Below are positions 17,842 to 28,905 of a stretch of DNA of 64,000 nt, one piece after another. The position numbers and the translations under genes are program-made. Each line of letters starts with the position of its first letter. The stretch's first letter is position 1. The stretch is from Klebsiella pneumoniae (GTDB lineage: Bacteria; Pseudomonadota; Gammaproteobacteria; Pseudomonadales; UBA5518). The notes beneath the pieces were generated by a model. That model was not told the DNA's origin and did not search any database. It saw only the letters and a list, made by a program, of their open reading frames with translations. The stretch spans positions 72,284-136,283 of the forward strand of contig CAMAXE010000002.1 in the NCBI GenBank assembly GCA_945862145.1. The letters are read 5' to 3'.

Positions 17842-18255
17842 GTGCAACACATGAACAGCAAGACAGCCCTTTCCTTCTATAACCAGGTGAATTCGCAAAC
17901 GGGGATCGTCGATGCCGACCCGCATCGCCTGATTCAGCTGCTGCTCGATGGCGCGCTGGACCGTATTGCCCAGGCCAAAGGCGCCCTCATGTCGGGGGAC
18001 GTGGCGGGGATGGGGGAGTCGCTGGGCAAGGCCATTGGAATCCTCTCTGGCCTGCAGGGCAGCCTTGATCTGGAGCGCGGCGGTGATATCGCCGTCAACC
18101 TGGATCGTCTCTATGACTACATGAGCCTGCGCTTGCTCGACGTGCACCGCGAGCGTCAGCCTGCCCCCTTGGACGAGGTGGTGGGTCTTTTGGCCAGCAT
18201 CAAGAGCGGCTGGGACGGGATTCGTCCCCAAGTGAGCCCCAACGGTCCGCAGTGA
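17842..18255 (+). CDS. fliS: Flagellin-specific export chaperone FliS
   Basis: 137 aa from the GTG at 17842; the ATG at 17851 (MNSKTALSFYNQV) is the alternative start. DPHRLIQLLLDGALDRIAQAKGAL..GKAIGILSGLQGSLDLERGGDIAVNLDRLYDYM is the FliS four-helix signature. Confidence 0.9.
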   Translation: MQHMNSKTALSFYNQVNSQTGIVDADPHRLIQLLLDGALDRIAQAKGALMSGDVAGMGESLGKAIGILSGLQGSLDLERGGDIAVNLDRLYDYMSLRLLDVHRERQPAPLDEVVGLLASIKSGWDGIRPQVSPNGPQ

Positions 18256-18370
18256 TTCGCCCCAAGACGGAATATTGACAGTGTTTTGCGATCGATTCGG
18301 GATTTTCCTGTCGCCGTCCGGGAGCCGCTGACTATACTTGGGCCCGGAGATTCACGGGGAATACCGGGCC

Positions 18371-19819
18371 ATGCCTGCGGGCGAACGCATCCTGCTGATT
18401 GACCACGATAGCGACCGCGCGGCGATGTCGGCGGCGATACTCGGCTATCTGGGCGCAGAAGCTGTTATCGAGACGGAGTTTCCCGCCGGTGTCGCGGCGG
18501 ACGCCTTTGGGCTGGCCATCGTGGCGTGGCCCGGTGACTCCGCGCCCCCGGAATCCCGCTTGGCCGCTCTGCGCGAGGCCATGCCGGCGCTGCCCCTGAT
18601 CGTTGTGGGTTCATGTGGTGCGGGGCTTGCGCAGAGCCTCGGGGTCATCGCCGTGCTGGAATGGCCGCTGCGTCACGAGGCCCTTCTGTCGGCCCTGCAT
18701 CGGGCCCGTATCTACCGTGAGCAATACGCCCAGAGCCGCGAGCGCGGCACTGAACCCAAGCTGTTCCGTGCCCTCGTAGGCCGTAGCGAGGGCGTCCGCG
18801 CGGTGCGCCGGATGATGGCGCAAGTGGCCGAAACCGACGCCACGGTGCTGGTGCTCGGGGAGTCAGGCACCGGAAAGGAAGTAGTCGCACGCTCCCTCCA
18901 CGATTACAGCCACCGCCGTGCCGGTCCCTTCGTGCCGATCAATTGCGGCGCCATCCCTGCGGAATTGCTGGAAAGCGAACTCTTCGGTCATGAGAAGGGC
19001 GCCTTCACCGGTGCCGTGACGGCCCGCGCGGGACGTTTTGAACTGGCTCGCGGCGGCACGCTGTTTCTGGATGAGATCGGCGACATGCCGCTCACCATGC
19101 AGGTGAAACTGCTGCGGGTGTTGCAGGAGCGCCGGTTCGAACGCGTGGGCGGCTCCCAGACGCTGGATGCGGATGTGCGTATCGTCTGTGCCACGCACAA
19201 GAACCTCGACGACATGATCGCCAGCGGAGGGTTTCGCGAGGATCTGTACTATCGGATCAATGTGTTTCCCATCGACCTGCCACCCCTGCGGGAGCGGGCA
19301 GACGACCTGCCGGTACTGGTGAACGAACTGGTGCTCAGGCTCGCGAAAGAAGGCCGTGGCAGCGTGCGCTTCGGACCCTCCGCCCTGGTATCGCTGGGAC
19401 GCCACCACTGGGCCGGCAACGTGCGCGAACTGGCCAACCTGGTCGAGCGTATGGCCATCATGCATCCCGGCGCCATCGTGGGGGCGCGTGATCTGCCCGC
19501 GAAATTTCGCCATCTCGAGCCCGGCGAGGACGATACGGCAGGGCTGCCCGAGGCCACTGCTGCCGCAGCTCCACCCGCCGTGGAGCCCTTCGTGGGGGCC
19601 TCGCGCGCTGGTGGGGATCTGGCCTTGCTGCCGGTAAACGGGCTCGATCTCAAGGAGTTCATCCAAGACCTCGAGCAGGGCCTGATCCAGCAGGCGCTCG
19701 ACGATTGCGGTGGGGTGGTCGCCCGCGCGGCGGAGCGGCTTCGGCTGCGTCGCACCACCCTGGTCGAGAAGATGCGCAAGTACGGCATGCTCGGCCGCGC
19801 CGACACGACAGAAGTTTGA
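18371..19819 (+). CDS. fleQ: Sigma54-dependent flagellar master regulator, FleQ/FlrA type
   Basis: Re-called to the ATG at 18371 ([13 protein letters not shown]). It has a FleQ-type N-domain, AAA+ motifs ([40 protein letters not shown]) and a C-terminal Fis-type HTH. It sits upstream of fleSR. Confidence 0.88.
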   Translation: MPAGERILLIDHDSDRAAMSAAILGYLGAEAVIETEFPAGVAADAFGLAIVAWPGDSAPPESRLAALREAMPALPLIVVGSCGAGLAQSLGVIAVLEWPLRHEALLSALHRARIYREQYAQSRERGTEPKLFRALVGRSEGVRAVRRMMAQVAETDATVLVLGESGTGKEVVARSLHDYSHRRAGPFVPINCGAIPAELLESELFGHEKGAFTGAVTARAGRFELARGGTLFLDEIGDMPLTMQVKLLRVLQERRFERVGGSQTLDADVRIVCATHKNLDDMIASGGFREDLYYRINVFPIDLPPLRERADDLPVLVNELVLRLAKEGRGSVRFGPSALVSLGRHHWAGNVRELANLVERMAIMHPGAIVGARDLPAKFRHLEPGEDDTAGLPEATAAAAPPAVEPFVGASRAGGDLALLPVNGLDLKEFIQDLEQGLIQQALDDCGGVVARAAERLRLRRTTLVEKMRKYGMLGRADTTEV

Positions 19820-19884
19820 CCACTCCGGTCCTGCGGCGGCGCATACGGCGCCCTTATCCTTTGTTTTTCAATGAGCTGAAAATT

Positions 19885-19900
19885 CGGCATGCCACTTGCT
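19885..19900 (+). promoter_or_regulatory. Sigma54 promoter of fleS-fleR
   Basis: CGGCAT-GCCAC-TTGCT (GG-N10-GC with TTGCT at -12). It lies about 40 nt upstream of the fleS ATG (19939). Confidence 0.55.
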
Positions 19901-19938
19901 AAAGCCCCGGGGAGCGTCAAATTCCCGGAGAGCTCGGC

Positions 19939-21159
19939 ATGTTGCATTCCCGCCAAGGCGAAGCCTCGATTCACGACAGCACCGATCTGCAGGCGGCCTT
20001 CGCGCTGTTCAATCGGGTGTCCAGTCAATTCACCGATTCCTATCGCCTGCTCGAGCGCCGGGTGGAGCAACTCTCCACCGAACTCGAGCAGGTAGATCGC
20101 GCCCGATTGCGCGAACTCGAAGAGAAAGAGGAATTGTCCGGCCGGCTGCGCAGCCTGCTCGATCTGTTGCCCGCCGGCGTGGTGGTGCTGGATCGCAAGG
20201 GGCAGATCGTTGATGTAAACCCCGCGGCGCAGGACATGCTGGGCGGCCAACTCGAAGGCGAGCGCTGGGGCGAGGTGATATGCCGCGCTTTTGCGCCGCA
20301 GCGCGATGACGGCCACGAGGTATCACTGGCCAACGGGCGTCGACTGAGTGTTGATACACGCTCACTCGAGCGTGACAGCGGCCAGGTGGTGCTGCTTACC
20401 GACCAGACCGAGACGCGGGAGCTGCAGGACCGCCTGAGCCGGCACCAGCGACTCACCGCTATGGGTCGCATGATCGCTGCGCTGGCCCATCAGGTGCGCA
20501 CACCGCTGGCAGCGGCGATGCTCTACGCCTCCAATCTCCGCGATGCGGATCTCCCGCCCGAACAGGTCCGCAAATTCTCTTCTCGCATCGTCGAGCGTCT
20601 GGCCCACATGGAGCGCCAGGTGCGGGACATGCTGGTCTTCGTGCGCGGCGAGCCGCAGCCAACGGATCTGGTGGCGGTCGGGCTTCTGTTCGAGGACATC
20701 CAGGAGGCCATGGACGCACCGCTTGCCGCCGCGCGGGCCGCATGCAGCGTGCATCTCGAGTGCGATCCCGCGCTTCGGTTGACCGTAAACCGCGATGCCG
20801 TGACGGGTGCGGTGCTCAATCTGGTCAACAACTCGCTGCAGGCTGGCGGCCAGGGCTCGCGCATCGAGCTGCGCCTGATACACGCCGGTGAACGGCTTGG
20901 CATCGTGGTTGAGGACCGCGGTCCTGGCATGAGCGAGTCGGTGTTGAAGCAGATCGGACAGGATTTTTTCACCACGCGCGCCCGCGGCACCGGCCTGGGC
21001 GTTGCGGTGGTGCGCTCGGTCGCCCGGGCCCACGGTGGCGAACTCGATATCACGTCCGCGCTGGGCACCGGTACCCGTGCCTGTATGTGGCTGCGCTGCG
21101 ATGACGACGGGCGTCTCGAACCCGTCACCCTGCCTGTCAAGGAGCTTGCTCATGGCTGA
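19939..21159 (+). CDS. fleS: Cytoplasmic PAS sensor histidine kinase, FleS/FlrB type
   Basis: 406 aa with no TM segments. It has a PAS-like region (LLPAGVVVLDRKGQIVDVNPAAQDMLG), an H-box (RLTAMGRMIAALAHQVRTPL) and HATPase motifs (DRGPGM, GTGLGVAVV). Confidence 0.88.
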   Translation: MLHSRQGEASIHDSTDLQAAFALFNRVSSQFTDSYRLLERRVEQLSTELEQVDRARLRELEEKEELSGRLRSLLDLLPAGVVVLDRKGQIVDVNPAAQDMLGGQLEGERWGEVICRAFAPQRDDGHEVSLANGRRLSVDTRSLERDSGQVVLLTDQTETRELQDRLSRHQRLTAMGRMIAALAHQVRTPLAAAMLYASNLRDADLPPEQVRKFSSRIVERLAHMERQVRDMLVFVRGEPQPTDLVAVGLLFEDIQEAMDAPLAAARAACSVHLECDPALRLTVNRDAVTGAVLNLVNNSLQAGGQGSRIELRLIHAGERLGIVVEDRGPGMSESVLKQIGQDFFTTRARGTGLGVAVVRSVARAHGGELDITSALGTGTRACMWLRCDDDGRLEPVTLPVKELAHG

Positions 21160-22573
21160 TATACGCATCGACGGATTTGATGTCCTGCTGGTCGAGGATG
21201 ACGCGGAGCTTCGTCGCGCCATCGGCGACACACTGGAACTCGCAGGTGCACGGGTCATCGGCGCTGCCGACGGACGCGAGGCGCTCAGGCTTCTGGCCGA
21301 TATCACGCCCGGTGTGATTGTCACCGACGTCAACATGCCGCACATCGACGGGCATGAACTCCTGCGTCGGGTGCGCGAATTGAAGCCCCATGTGCCGGTG
21401 TTGCTGATTACCGCCTTCGGCACCATCGATCGCTCCGTGCAGGCGATGCGCGAGGGCGCGGCAGACTATCTGGTCAAACCATTCCGGCCGGCGCAGCTGA
21501 TCGAGGCCGTGGCGCGCTTTGCACCGCTCGGACGAGGTGTGGGCGATGACGAGCCGGTGGCGGTCTCTTCACTCACGCTCGAGTTGATGGGGCTCGCGCG
21601 ACGCGTGGCGGCCAGCGACTCCACCGTGCTTCTGTGCGGCGAAAGCGGCAGCGGCAAAGAAGTGATGGCGCGCTACATCCATCGTCACTCACGTCGTCGC
21701 GGCGGGCCATTCGTGGCGATCAATTGCGCGGCGATCCCCGAAAACATGCTGGAGGCGTTGCTCTTCGGTCACGAGAAGGGCGCCTTCACGGGGGCCTATG
21801 CGAGCATGCCCGGCAAGTTCGAGCAGGCCGAGGGCGGCACGCTGCTTTTGGACGAGATCTCCGAGATGGACCCGGGCCTGCAGGCGAAACTGCTGCGGGT
21901 GCTGCAGGAGCGCGAGGTCGAGCGCCTCGGCGGCCGCAAGACCTTGCCGGTCAACGTGCGCGTGCTGGCCACTACCAACCGTGATCTGCGCACCGAGGTG
22001 GCCGAGGGGCGCTTCCGCGAGGATCTGTATTACCGACTGAGCGTCTTCCCGATGCGTTGCCCGGCGCTGCGTGAGCGCCCCGAGGACATCATCCCGCTCG
22101 CCGAGCGACTGGTGGCGGCGCACGCCGCGCGAATGCACCATGTTCCTGCGCAGTTCGATGCCTCTGCAATGCGTGCCATGCTCGGTCATGCCTGGCCGGG
22201 CAATGTGCGTGAGCTGGATAACGCGGTGCAGCGCGCCCTGATCCTGCAACCCGGCGCGCTCCTGGGTGCTGCGCACCTGCGTCTGGAGCCGCAGGGCCCC
22301 GGTATTTCGCGGATCACGCTCGCGGCCTCGACGCCGGTGGTTGCGGCAGCGGTCGCAGTGGCCGATCTCGAGGCCGAGGCTGATAGTGGCTTGAGCGGCG
22401 ACATGCGCTTGCACGAATTCCAGATCATCGTTGACACGCTGCGCGACACGCGTGGCAGCAAGAGCGGAGCGGCGGAGCGCTTGGGTATCAGCGCACGCAC
22501 CCTGCGCTACAAGCTGGCGCGGATGCGCGACTCCGGCCTTGATGTCGATGCGGCGCTGGTGGGGGCACGCTAG
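21152..22573 (+). CDS. fleR: Sigma54-dependent response regulator, FleR/FlrC type
   Basis: Re-called to the ATG at 21152, which overlaps the fleS stop (ATGGCTGA). It has a receiver domain ([20 protein letters not shown]), AAA+ motifs ([23 protein letters not shown]) and a C-terminal HTH. Confidence 0.9.
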   Translation: MADIRIDGFDVLLVEDDAELRRAIGDTLELAGARVIGAADGREALRLLADITPGVIVTDVNMPHIDGHELLRRVRELKPHVPVLLITAFGTIDRSVQAMREGAADYLVKPFRPAQLIEAVARFAPLGRGVGDDEPVAVSSLTLELMGLARRVAASDSTVLLCGESGSGKEVMARYIHRHSRRRGGPFVAINCAAIPENMLEALLFGHEKGAFTGAYASMPGKFEQAEGGTLLLDEISEMDPGLQAKLLRVLQEREVERLGGRKTLPVNVRVLATTNRDLRTEVAEGRFREDLYYRLSVFPMRCPALRERPEDIIPLAERLVAAHAARMHHVPAQFDASAMRAMLGHAWPGNVRELDNAVQRALILQPGALLGAAHLRLEPQGPGISRITLAASTPVVAAAVAVADLEAEADSGLSGDMRLHEFQIIVDTLRDTRGSKSGAAERLGISARTLRYKLARMRDSGLDVDAALVGAR

Positions 22574-22784
22574 GCTCCGTTCAGGCGGCATCACACCGAT
22601 GGCGCCCGCCAGGAACAGCGGCGTTGCCATGAGGCCGGCTACGGTGATGCCTCTGGGTATCGTGGAGCGGGCGCCGTGGTTGCAGCAGACGGCCTCGAGC
22701 ATTTTCTTCACCCCCGCTTACGGCGACAATGACCTGCCTCAGACTCGGGGTGTGCGAAAGGCTTTCGCGGAGTAGTGGTACACG

Positions 22785-23753
22785 ATGCAGGGCGTCATTC
22801 TTGATGCAGACAGTCTGTCCCCCGCCGACCTCGACCTCGGCGCTCTACTCGCACTGCTCCCGCATTGGCAGTTGTATGGCTCCACGTCGGCCGCAGCGGT
22901 GGTCGAGCGCATCGAGGGCGCCACTGTGGTGCTCAGCAACAAGGTCGGGTTGGATCGTGCGGCTTTTGCAGCCTCGCCGAGCCTGCGCTTGGTGGTCGTG
23001 ATGGCCACGGGCACGAACAACGTGGATCTCGAGGCGGCCCGGGAGCATGGTGTGGCGGTCTGCAATGTGCGCGGTTATGCGGTCGACTCGGTCGCCGAGC
23101 ACACCCTGGCCCTGATGCTGGCGCTAAGCCGCTGTCTGCTGCCTTACCGGGAGGATGTGTTGGACGGCGCCTGGAGTCGCAGCCCTTTCTTCTGCTTGCA
23201 TGGGCACCCCATCCGTGAACTCGCCGGGCTGCGCCTTGGTATCGTTGGTTGTGGTCAATTGGGCAGCGCGGTGGCGCGACGCAGTGCCGCATTCGGCATG
23301 GACGTGGTCGCTGCATCTTTACCCGGGCGTGAGCCCACAGGAACAGACTGGCCGAGGCTTCCGCTCGATGAGCTGTTGGCAAGCTCCGCCGTACTCAGCC
23401 TGCACTGCCCGCTCACTCCCGAAACCCGAGCGTTGATTGGCGCCCGCGAGCTTGCCTTGTTGCCGCGTGGTGCCTTGCTGGTGAACACGGCGCGAGGCGG
23501 GCTGGTCGACGAGAAGGCCTTGCTGGATGCGCTGCGATCCGGGCATTTGGGCGGTGCCGCGCTCGATACGCTGGAGGAGGAGCCCCCGCATGCGGATGCG
23601 CCTCTGTTGCGTGCTGCGCGGGAGATGGGAAATCTGCTGCTAACGCCGCACGTTGCGTGGGCGGGCCGTGCGGCCCGCCAGCGCCTCGTGGATCAGATGG
23701 TGGAGATCATTGCCGCCTTCCATGGCGGCCAGTCGGTCAATCGCGTGGTCTGA
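22785..23753 (+). CDS. D-isomer-specific 2-hydroxyacid dehydrogenase (glycerate/hydroxypyruvate reductase-like)
   Basis: 322 aa. Motifs: ATGTNNVDLEAAREHGVAVCNVRGY, the NAD-binding GIVGCGQLGSAVA, and TPHVAWA near the C-terminus. Confidence 0.85.
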   Translation: MQGVILDADSLSPADLDLGALLALLPHWQLYGSTSAAAVVERIEGATVVLSNKVGLDRAAFAASPSLRLVVVMATGTNNVDLEAAREHGVAVCNVRGYAVDSVAEHTLALMLALSRCLLPYREDVLDGAWSRSPFFCLHGHPIRELAGLRLGIVGCGQLGSAVARRSAAFGMDVVAASLPGREPTGTDWPRLPLDELLASSAVLSLHCPLTPETRALIGARELALLPRGALLVNTARGGLVDEKALLDALRSGHLGGAALDTLEEEPPHADAPLLRAAREMGNLLLTPHVAWAGRAARQRLVDQMVEIIAAFHGGQSVNRVV

Positions 23754-23757
23754 GTGC

Positions 23758-25980
23758 TCAGTACTCGTAGTTGAAGTCCACGCCCCAGGTCCTCCCCTCC
23801 CCGAAGGGTGCCACGAGGGGCGACCAGGGGAAGCTCTCGATACCGTCCAGAAGGTACTCTTCGTCTCCCAGGTTCTTGCCCCATAAGGCGATGGAAGCCG
23901 TGCCGTGTCCCATGCTGAGCTCGCCCAGGCTGAGGCGGGCGTTCCACAGGTCGTAGCCGGGGATGTTGAAGCCGCGCTGGACAAAGGACACGAACTCCGC
24001 CTCGTCAACTTTGGAGTAGTTGACGTTCAGCATGAGTTCGCCCAGACCGAAGGAGGGGAAGGTGTAGTCCAGGTCCGCGGTGAAGGAGTTGTCGGGAGCT
24101 CCTGGCAGGACGGCAGGGTTCTTCTCGATCTCAGGCGTTTGCGGGTTGTCCACGTCGTCGACCGAGGTGTCGAGGTAGCCGTAGCCCAGTGTCAGCTTGA
24201 GGCTGTCGGTGATCAGCGTGGTGAGGTCGATTTCCGCGCCCTTGATCTTGGCCGCGCCCGCGTTGTACAGCGCCACGTTGGTGGGGTCGTTCAACACCGC
24301 GAAAGACAACTGGATGTCCTGGTAATCGGAGCTGAACACGGCAGCGTTCAGACGTACCCGGTCATCGAGGAACTGTGCCTTGATGCCTACCTCGATGGTC
24401 TCGACCGTTTCCTCGCTGAGCGGAAGCGAGGCGGCATAGTCGCTGGTGGCGCGAATGTTGAAGCCGCCGGTCTTGTAGCCCTGGGTGAACTTGGCATAGA
24501 CGTTCACGTCCTCGGTGATGTCGTAAGCGGCGGTGACGTCGATGCTGTGGTTGTCCCAGGAATCATCCACGTCCGACGTAAAGTACTCATAGCCCCCCGC
24601 GCTGGAGCTCGACTTGACCGCGCGATCGTCCTCGCTGTAGCGCAGCCCGAGGGTGAGGTGCAATTGCTGCATCGCAGCCGGCGTCCACACGAAATGGCCG
24701 TAGAAAGCGCGAGCTTCGTTTTCGGCCGAGCTGACGCGGTGCGGCAGTTCAATCTCGAGCAATTGGTCGTAGATGGGCGGGTAGGGCGGCAGATAGCCGA
24801 GCGGCAGGGTGATGTAGTCGACGCTGTCCTCGTCGCCCTTTTCCTTGAAGTAGTAGGCGCCCACCACGTAGTCGACGGCGCCATCAAGAAACTTGCCCAG
24901 CACCTGCAATTCCTGCGAGAACTGGTCCTGCTGGTTGTCGAAGGGAGCGTTAGCGTACAGGCGGGTCGTGACGCGGTTGGCGCTGTAATCCTGATAGATG
25001 CTCTGGTCGAGTTCGCGGTAACCGGTGATCGATTTGATCTGGGTATTTTCGCTGATGTCCCACGCGACGGTCAGTGCATGGCCCTTGATCTTGAGGTTAC
25101 TTTCCTGGACCGGTGTGCTGGGGCGCACATCGTCAAGGCGATCGTTCTGGTACGGAACCTGGCTGAATCCGAACAGCGGCGCTTCGATGGTCTGATAATA
25201 GATGGTGCCGGAGTCAACGTCCGTCATGTCGTAGGCGTAGTCGACGTTGACGTCGTCGGTGGGTTGCCAGTTCAGCGCCACACGGGAGGCGAAGCTGTCG
25301 TTATCACCGAAGTTCGGGCCGGAGCCCTGGTTGGTGACCCAGCCGTCTTTCTTCGATTTGAGCATGCTCACTTTGGCAGCCAGGCCGCCGACACGCGGGG
25401 TATCCAGCTCGACCCGGCCACGCCCGTAACTGCTGTCGCCTGCGCTCAGGCCGCCCTTGAAGCCGAATTCTCCCGTCGGCTTGGCGGTGATCATGTTGAT
25501 GGCGCCGCCGATCGTGTTCCGACCGTACAGGCTGCCCTGCGGCCCGCGCAGCACCTCGATGCGCTCCAGGCTCGCCACCTCGCTCCCGAGGCCGATGGAG
25601 CGTGCCACGTATACGCCGTCGATGTACACGCCGACGCTGGGGTCGGTGGACATCCCCACATCGTTGTTGCCCACGCCCCGCATATAGGTCCGCAGCGAGG
25701 CCTGGCTGTTGGGGAACTGGCGCATGTAGAGGTTGGGGACACTGTGCTGGATATCGCCCAGGTCATCGATGCCGAGTTTCTCGAGGTCCGTGCTGCCGAA
25801 GGCGAGCACGGAGATCGGGGTGTCCTGCAGTGAGGTCTCGCGCCGCTCGGCGGTAACGATAATCTCCTCGAGGCCCTGCGCCCCCGGGGACTTGTCCTGC
25901 GCCTGGGACCATGAAGTCACCGTCATGCCGATTGCGACGGTGAGTAGTGAGCGTGCGAAACAGCGGGGCTTTAACGTCAT
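23758..25980 (-). CDS. TonB-dependent outer-membrane receptor
   Basis: Re-called to the ATG at 25980, which has a GGAGG SD (the track start at 25992 is TTG). It has a signal peptide, the plug motif EEIIVTAERRETSLQDTPISVLAF, and a terminal ..WGVDFNYEY aromatic residue. Confidence 0.9.
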   Translation of the reverse strand: MTLKPRCFARSLLTVAIGMTVTSWSQAQDKSPGAQGLEEIIVTAERRETSLQDTPISVLAFGSTDLEKLGIDDLGDIQHSVPNLYMRQFPNSQASLRTYMRGVGNNDVGMSTDPSVGVYIDGVYVARSIGLGSEVASLERIEVLRGPQGSLYGRNTIGGAINMITAKPTGEFGFKGGLSAGDSSYGRGRVELDTPRVGGLAAKVSMLKSKKDGWVTNQGSGPNFGDNDSFASRVALNWQPTDDVNVDYAYDMTDVDSGTIYYQTIEAPLFGFSQVPYQNDRLDDVRPSTPVQESNLKIKGHALTVAWDISENTQIKSITGYRELDQSIYQDYSANRVTTRLYANAPFDNQQDQFSQELQVLGKFLDGAVDYVVGAYYFKEKGDEDSVDYITLPLGYLPPYPPIYDQLLEIELPHRVSSAENEARAFYGHFVWTPAAMQQLHLTLGLRYSEDDRAVKSSSSAGGYEYFTSDVDDSWDNHSIDVTAAYDITEDVNVYAKFTQGYKTGGFNIRATSDYAASLPLSEETVETIEVGIKAQFLDDRVRLNAAVFSSDYQDIQLSFAVLNDPTNVALYNAGAAKIKGAEIDLTTLITDSLKLTLGYGYLDTSVDDVDNPQTPEIEKNPAVLPGAPDNSFTADLDYTFPSFGLGELMLNVNYSKVDEAEFVSFVQRGFNIPGYDLWNARLSLGELSMGHGTASIALWGKNLGDEEYLLDGIESFPWSPLVAPFGEGRTWGVDFNYEY

Positions 25981-26063
25981 GAGGACCTCCAAGTGGAATA
26001 TTTTTTTTCACCGAGTGCAAAAACATTGCATCCGAAATGCATTCTGGATCGGTGGGTTAGATT

Positions 26064-28811
26064 TTACAAGCTGCGGCCCAAGCCCTCCCGTTGCCTGGCG
26101 AGGGCCTCCCGTGCGCCCTCAAGTTCTGCCAGCCTTGCCCGCTCGCGGGCAACCACCTCGGGCGGAGCCTTGTCGACGAAGCCGGTATTGCCCAGCCGGC
26201 CAGCAAGTCTTTCGATCTCCTTGCCGAGCTTTTCGTCCTCGCGTTCCAACCGTGCACGCTCGGCATCGAAGTCGATCAGGCCGGCCAGTGGCACCAGCAG
26301 TTCGGTCTGTCCGATGACCTGCGTTGCCGAGGCCGGCGCCTGGGCGCCATCGAGGAAGGCGACGGATTCCAGCTTCGCCATCGTGGTGAGCAACAGTTCG
26401 TGCTCCGTCACACAGCGGCGCTCCATGGGCCCCGCGTTGCGCAACAGCAGCTCGAGTTTTTTGCCCGGCGCGATACCCAGTTCTCCGCGGATGTTCCGCA
26501 CAGCAATGATCGCCTGTTGCAGCCACGCCACGTCCGCCTCGGCGGCCGCATCGATCCGTGCGGCATCGCTACGCGGGAATGCCGCGAGCATCACGGTCTC
26601 GCCGCCGACGCCGGCCAGCGGCGCGATGCGCTGCCAGATCTCTTCGGTGAGGAAAGGTATGAAGGGATGCGCGAGGCGCATCAGCGTCTCCAGCACCGTG
26701 AGCAGGGTGGCCCGGGTGTCGTTGGCGCTGTGGTCGTCGCGCGCCAGCAGCGGCTTGCTGAACTCCAGGTACCAGTCGCAGTAGTCGTGCCAGGCGAACT
26801 CGTAAATCGCCTGCACGGCCAGATCGAAGCGGTAGGTTGCGAGCGCGCGGTGGACCTCGGCGGTGGCGTGCTGGAGCCGTGAGACAATCCAGCGGTCGGC
26901 AACGGATCCGCCAGCCAAGGTGCCCGTGCAGGTCTTGCCCTCGGTCTGCATCAAGACGTAGCGCGTGGCGTTCCACAGTTTGTTGCAGAAGTTCCGGTAG
27001 CCGTCCAGGCGCCCCATGTCGAACTTGATGTCGCGTCCGGTCGAGGCCAGTGCGCAAAGCGTGAAACGCAGTGCGTCGGTGCCATGTGCCGCAATCCCCT
27101 GCGGGTATTCCTTGCGGGTGGCGGCGGCGATCTTCTGCGCGAGCTGCGGCTGCATCATGCCAGCGGTGCGCTTGGCCACGAGTTCGTCGCTGCCGATGCC
27201 GTCGATCAGATCGATGGGATCGATCACGTTACCCTTGGATTTCGACATCTTCTGGCCGTGCTCGTCGCGGATCAGCCCGGTGACGTAGACGGTGCGGAAG
27301 GGCACCTCGTCCATGAATTTCAGGGTCATCATCGCCATCCGCGCGACCCAGAAAAAGATGATGTCAAAGCCCGTGACGAGGACGTCGGTGGGGTGGAAGC
27401 GCGCCAGTTCGGGCGTATTTTTTGGCCAGCCCAAGGTCGAGAACGTCCACAGCGCGGAGGAAAACCACGTGTCCAGCACGTCCTCGTCCTGGCGCAGCGC
27501 TCGGTCCCCGAGGGCGTGGCGCTCGCGCACCTCGGCCTCGCTGCGGCCCACGAAAACATTGCCGGCATCGTCGTACCACGCCGGTATCTGGTGGCCCCAC
27601 CAGAGCTGGCGCGAGATGCACCAGTCCTGGATGTCGCGCATCCAGGCGAAATAGGTGTTTTCCCACTGCTTGGGCACGAACTCGATACGCCCTTCCATGA
27701 CCGCGCGGATGGCCGGCTCCGCCAGTGGCTGGGCGCGCACGAACCACTGGTCCGTGAGGTAGGGCTCCACGATCACGCCGCTGCGGTCGCCGCGCGGCAC
27801 CTTCAGTTTGTGCTTTTCAATGCGATCGAGGAGACCTTCGGCCTGCAGGTCCGCGACCACGCGCTGTCGCGCCTCGAAGCGCTCCAGTCCACGGTAGGGC
27901 GCGGGTACGGCATCGTTCAGGAATGCATCCGGGGTGAGGATATTGATCATCGGCAGGTGATGCCGTTGCCCGATCGCGTAGTCGTTGAAGTCGTGCGCGG
28001 GTGTGATCTTCACGCAGCCGGTGCCAAATGCGGGGTCGACGTAGGTGTCGGCGATCACGGGAATCTCCCGCTCCGCGAGCGGAAGCCGCAGATGCTTGCC
28101 CACGAGGTGCCGGTAGCGTTCGTCCTCGGGGTGGACCGCCACGGCCACGTCCCCGAGCATGGTCTCGGGCCGCGTGGTCGCCACTACGAGGTAGCCACTG
28201 CCATCGACCAGCGGGTAGCGCAGGTGCCAGAGATGGCCGTCTTCTTCCTCCTGCACAACCTCCAGATCCGAAATTGCCGTGTGCAGTTTGGGATCCCAGT
28301 TGACCAGCCGTTTGCCGCGGTAGAGCAGACCCTCGTCGTGGAGTCGCACGAACACCTCGCGCACGGCCTCCGAGAGTTCGGGGTCCATCGTGAAGCGTTC
28401 GCGTGACCAGTCGACCGAATTGCCCAGCCGTCGCTGCTGGCGGGTGATGGTGCCGCCGGAGAGCTCTTTCCATTGCCAGACGCGTTCGAGGAAGGCCTCG
28501 CGCCCGAGGCGGTGACGATCGGTGCCCTCCGCAGCCAGCAGACGTTCTACGACCATTTGCGTGGCGATCCCGGCGTGGTCGGTGCCGCCCTGCCAGAGGG
28601 TGTCGCGGCCGCACATCCGGTGGTAGCGGATCAGTGAGTCCATGATGGTCTGTTGGAAGGCATGCCCCATGTGCAGGCTGCCGGTCACATTGGGCGGCGG
28701 GATCACGATGCAGTAGGGCTCGCCCTCGCCGGAGGGCTGGAAGTAGCCGCGGCTCTCCCACGTCTCGTACCAGCGCGCCTCGATGTCCTCGGGCCTGTAG
28801 GTCTTGTCCAT
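26064..28811 (-). CDS. valS: Valine--tRNA ligase
   Basis: 915 aa. It has the HIGH region ([14 protein letters not shown]), the KMSKS motif ([11 protein letters not shown]) and a C-terminal coiled coil. Confidence 0.97.
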   Translation of the reverse strand: MDKTYRPEDIEARWYETWESRGYFQPSGEGEPYCIVIPPPNVTGSLHMGHAFQQTIMDSLIRYHRMCGRDTLWQGGTDHAGIATQMVVERLLAAEGTDRHRLGREAFLERVWQWKELSGGTITRQQRRLGNSVDWSRERFTMDPELSEAVREVFVRLHDEGLLYRGKRLVNWDPKLHTAISDLEVVQEEEDGHLWHLRYPLVDGSGYLVVATTRPETMLGDVAVAVHPEDERYRHLVGKHLRLPLAEREIPVIADTYVDPAFGTGCVKITPAHDFNDYAIGQRHHLPMINILTPDAFLNDAVPAPYRGLERFEARQRVVADLQAEGLLDRIEKHKLKVPRGDRSGVIVEPYLTDQWFVRAQPLAEPAIRAVMEGRIEFVPKQWENTYFAWMRDIQDWCISRQLWWGHQIPAWYDDAGNVFVGRSEAEVRERHALGDRALRQDEDVLDTWFSSALWTFSTLGWPKNTPELARFHPTDVLVTGFDIIFFWVARMAMMTLKFMDEVPFRTVYVTGLIRDEHGQKMSKSKGNVIDPIDLIDGIGSDELVAKRTAGMMQPQLAQKIAAATRKEYPQGIAAHGTDALRFTLCALASTGRDIKFDMGRLDGYRNFCNKLWNATRYVLMQTEGKTCTGTLAGGSVADRWIVSRLQHATAEVHRALATYRFDLAVQAIYEFAWHDYCDWYLEFSKPLLARDDHSANDTRATLLTVLETLMRLAHPFIPFLTEEIWQRIAPLAGVGGETVMLAAFPRSDAARIDAAAEADVAWLQQAIIAVRNIRGELGIAPGKKLELLLRNAGPMERRCVTEHELLLTTMAKLESVAFLDGAQAPASATQVIGQTELLVPLAGLIDFDAERARLEREDEKLGKEIERLAGRLGNTGFVDKAPPEVVARERARLAELEGAREALARQREGLGRSL

Positions 28812-28905
28812 GAATTCCTGTGCCTTCAGGCAAAACCCGGAGGATATAGTCGGTGATCGGACAGCGGCAACCGTGCCGGTTGCGTTGTGTCATTGAGGCA
28901 GGGTT

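Noticed and set aside
18256-18370. Sigma70 promoter for fleQ: TTGACA at 18275-18280 and TATACT at 18333-18338.
   Set aside because: The two hexamers are 52 bp apart, and neither has an acceptable partner at 16-18 bp spacing. No promoter can be called from sequence alone.
22574-22711. Possible small membrane protein on the minus strand downstream of fleR (MKKMLEAVCCNHGARSTIPRGITVAGLMATPLFLAGAIGV..).
   Set aside because: The frame has no stop for 340 codons and runs antisense through fleR. There is no SD and no independent support.
23905-25833. Very long ORFs antisense to real genes. Examples: 23905..25833 (642 aa, opposite the TonB receptor), 27084..28406 (opposite valS), 29718..31118 (opposite pepA), 40519..42111 (opposite ppx), 50710..52041 and 51492..52481 (opposite the MFS gene), 61857..63386 (opposite CocE/NonD), and 8292..9143 and 7216..7854 (opposite flgI/flgH).
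   Set aside because: These are typical GC-rich shadow ORFs. The translations are Arg/Gly/Ala/His-rich and low-complexity, with no recognisable motifs. In each case the opposite strand carries an unambiguous conserved protein.
25981-26063. Imperfect inverted repeat CATTGCAT-N5-ATGCATTC and a T8/A8 run upstream of the TonB-dependent receptor, considered as a Fur box or riboswitch.
   Set aside because: The similarity to the Fur consensus (GATAATGATAATCATTATC) is poor. The 83-nt region is too short for a cobalamin or TPP riboswitch.
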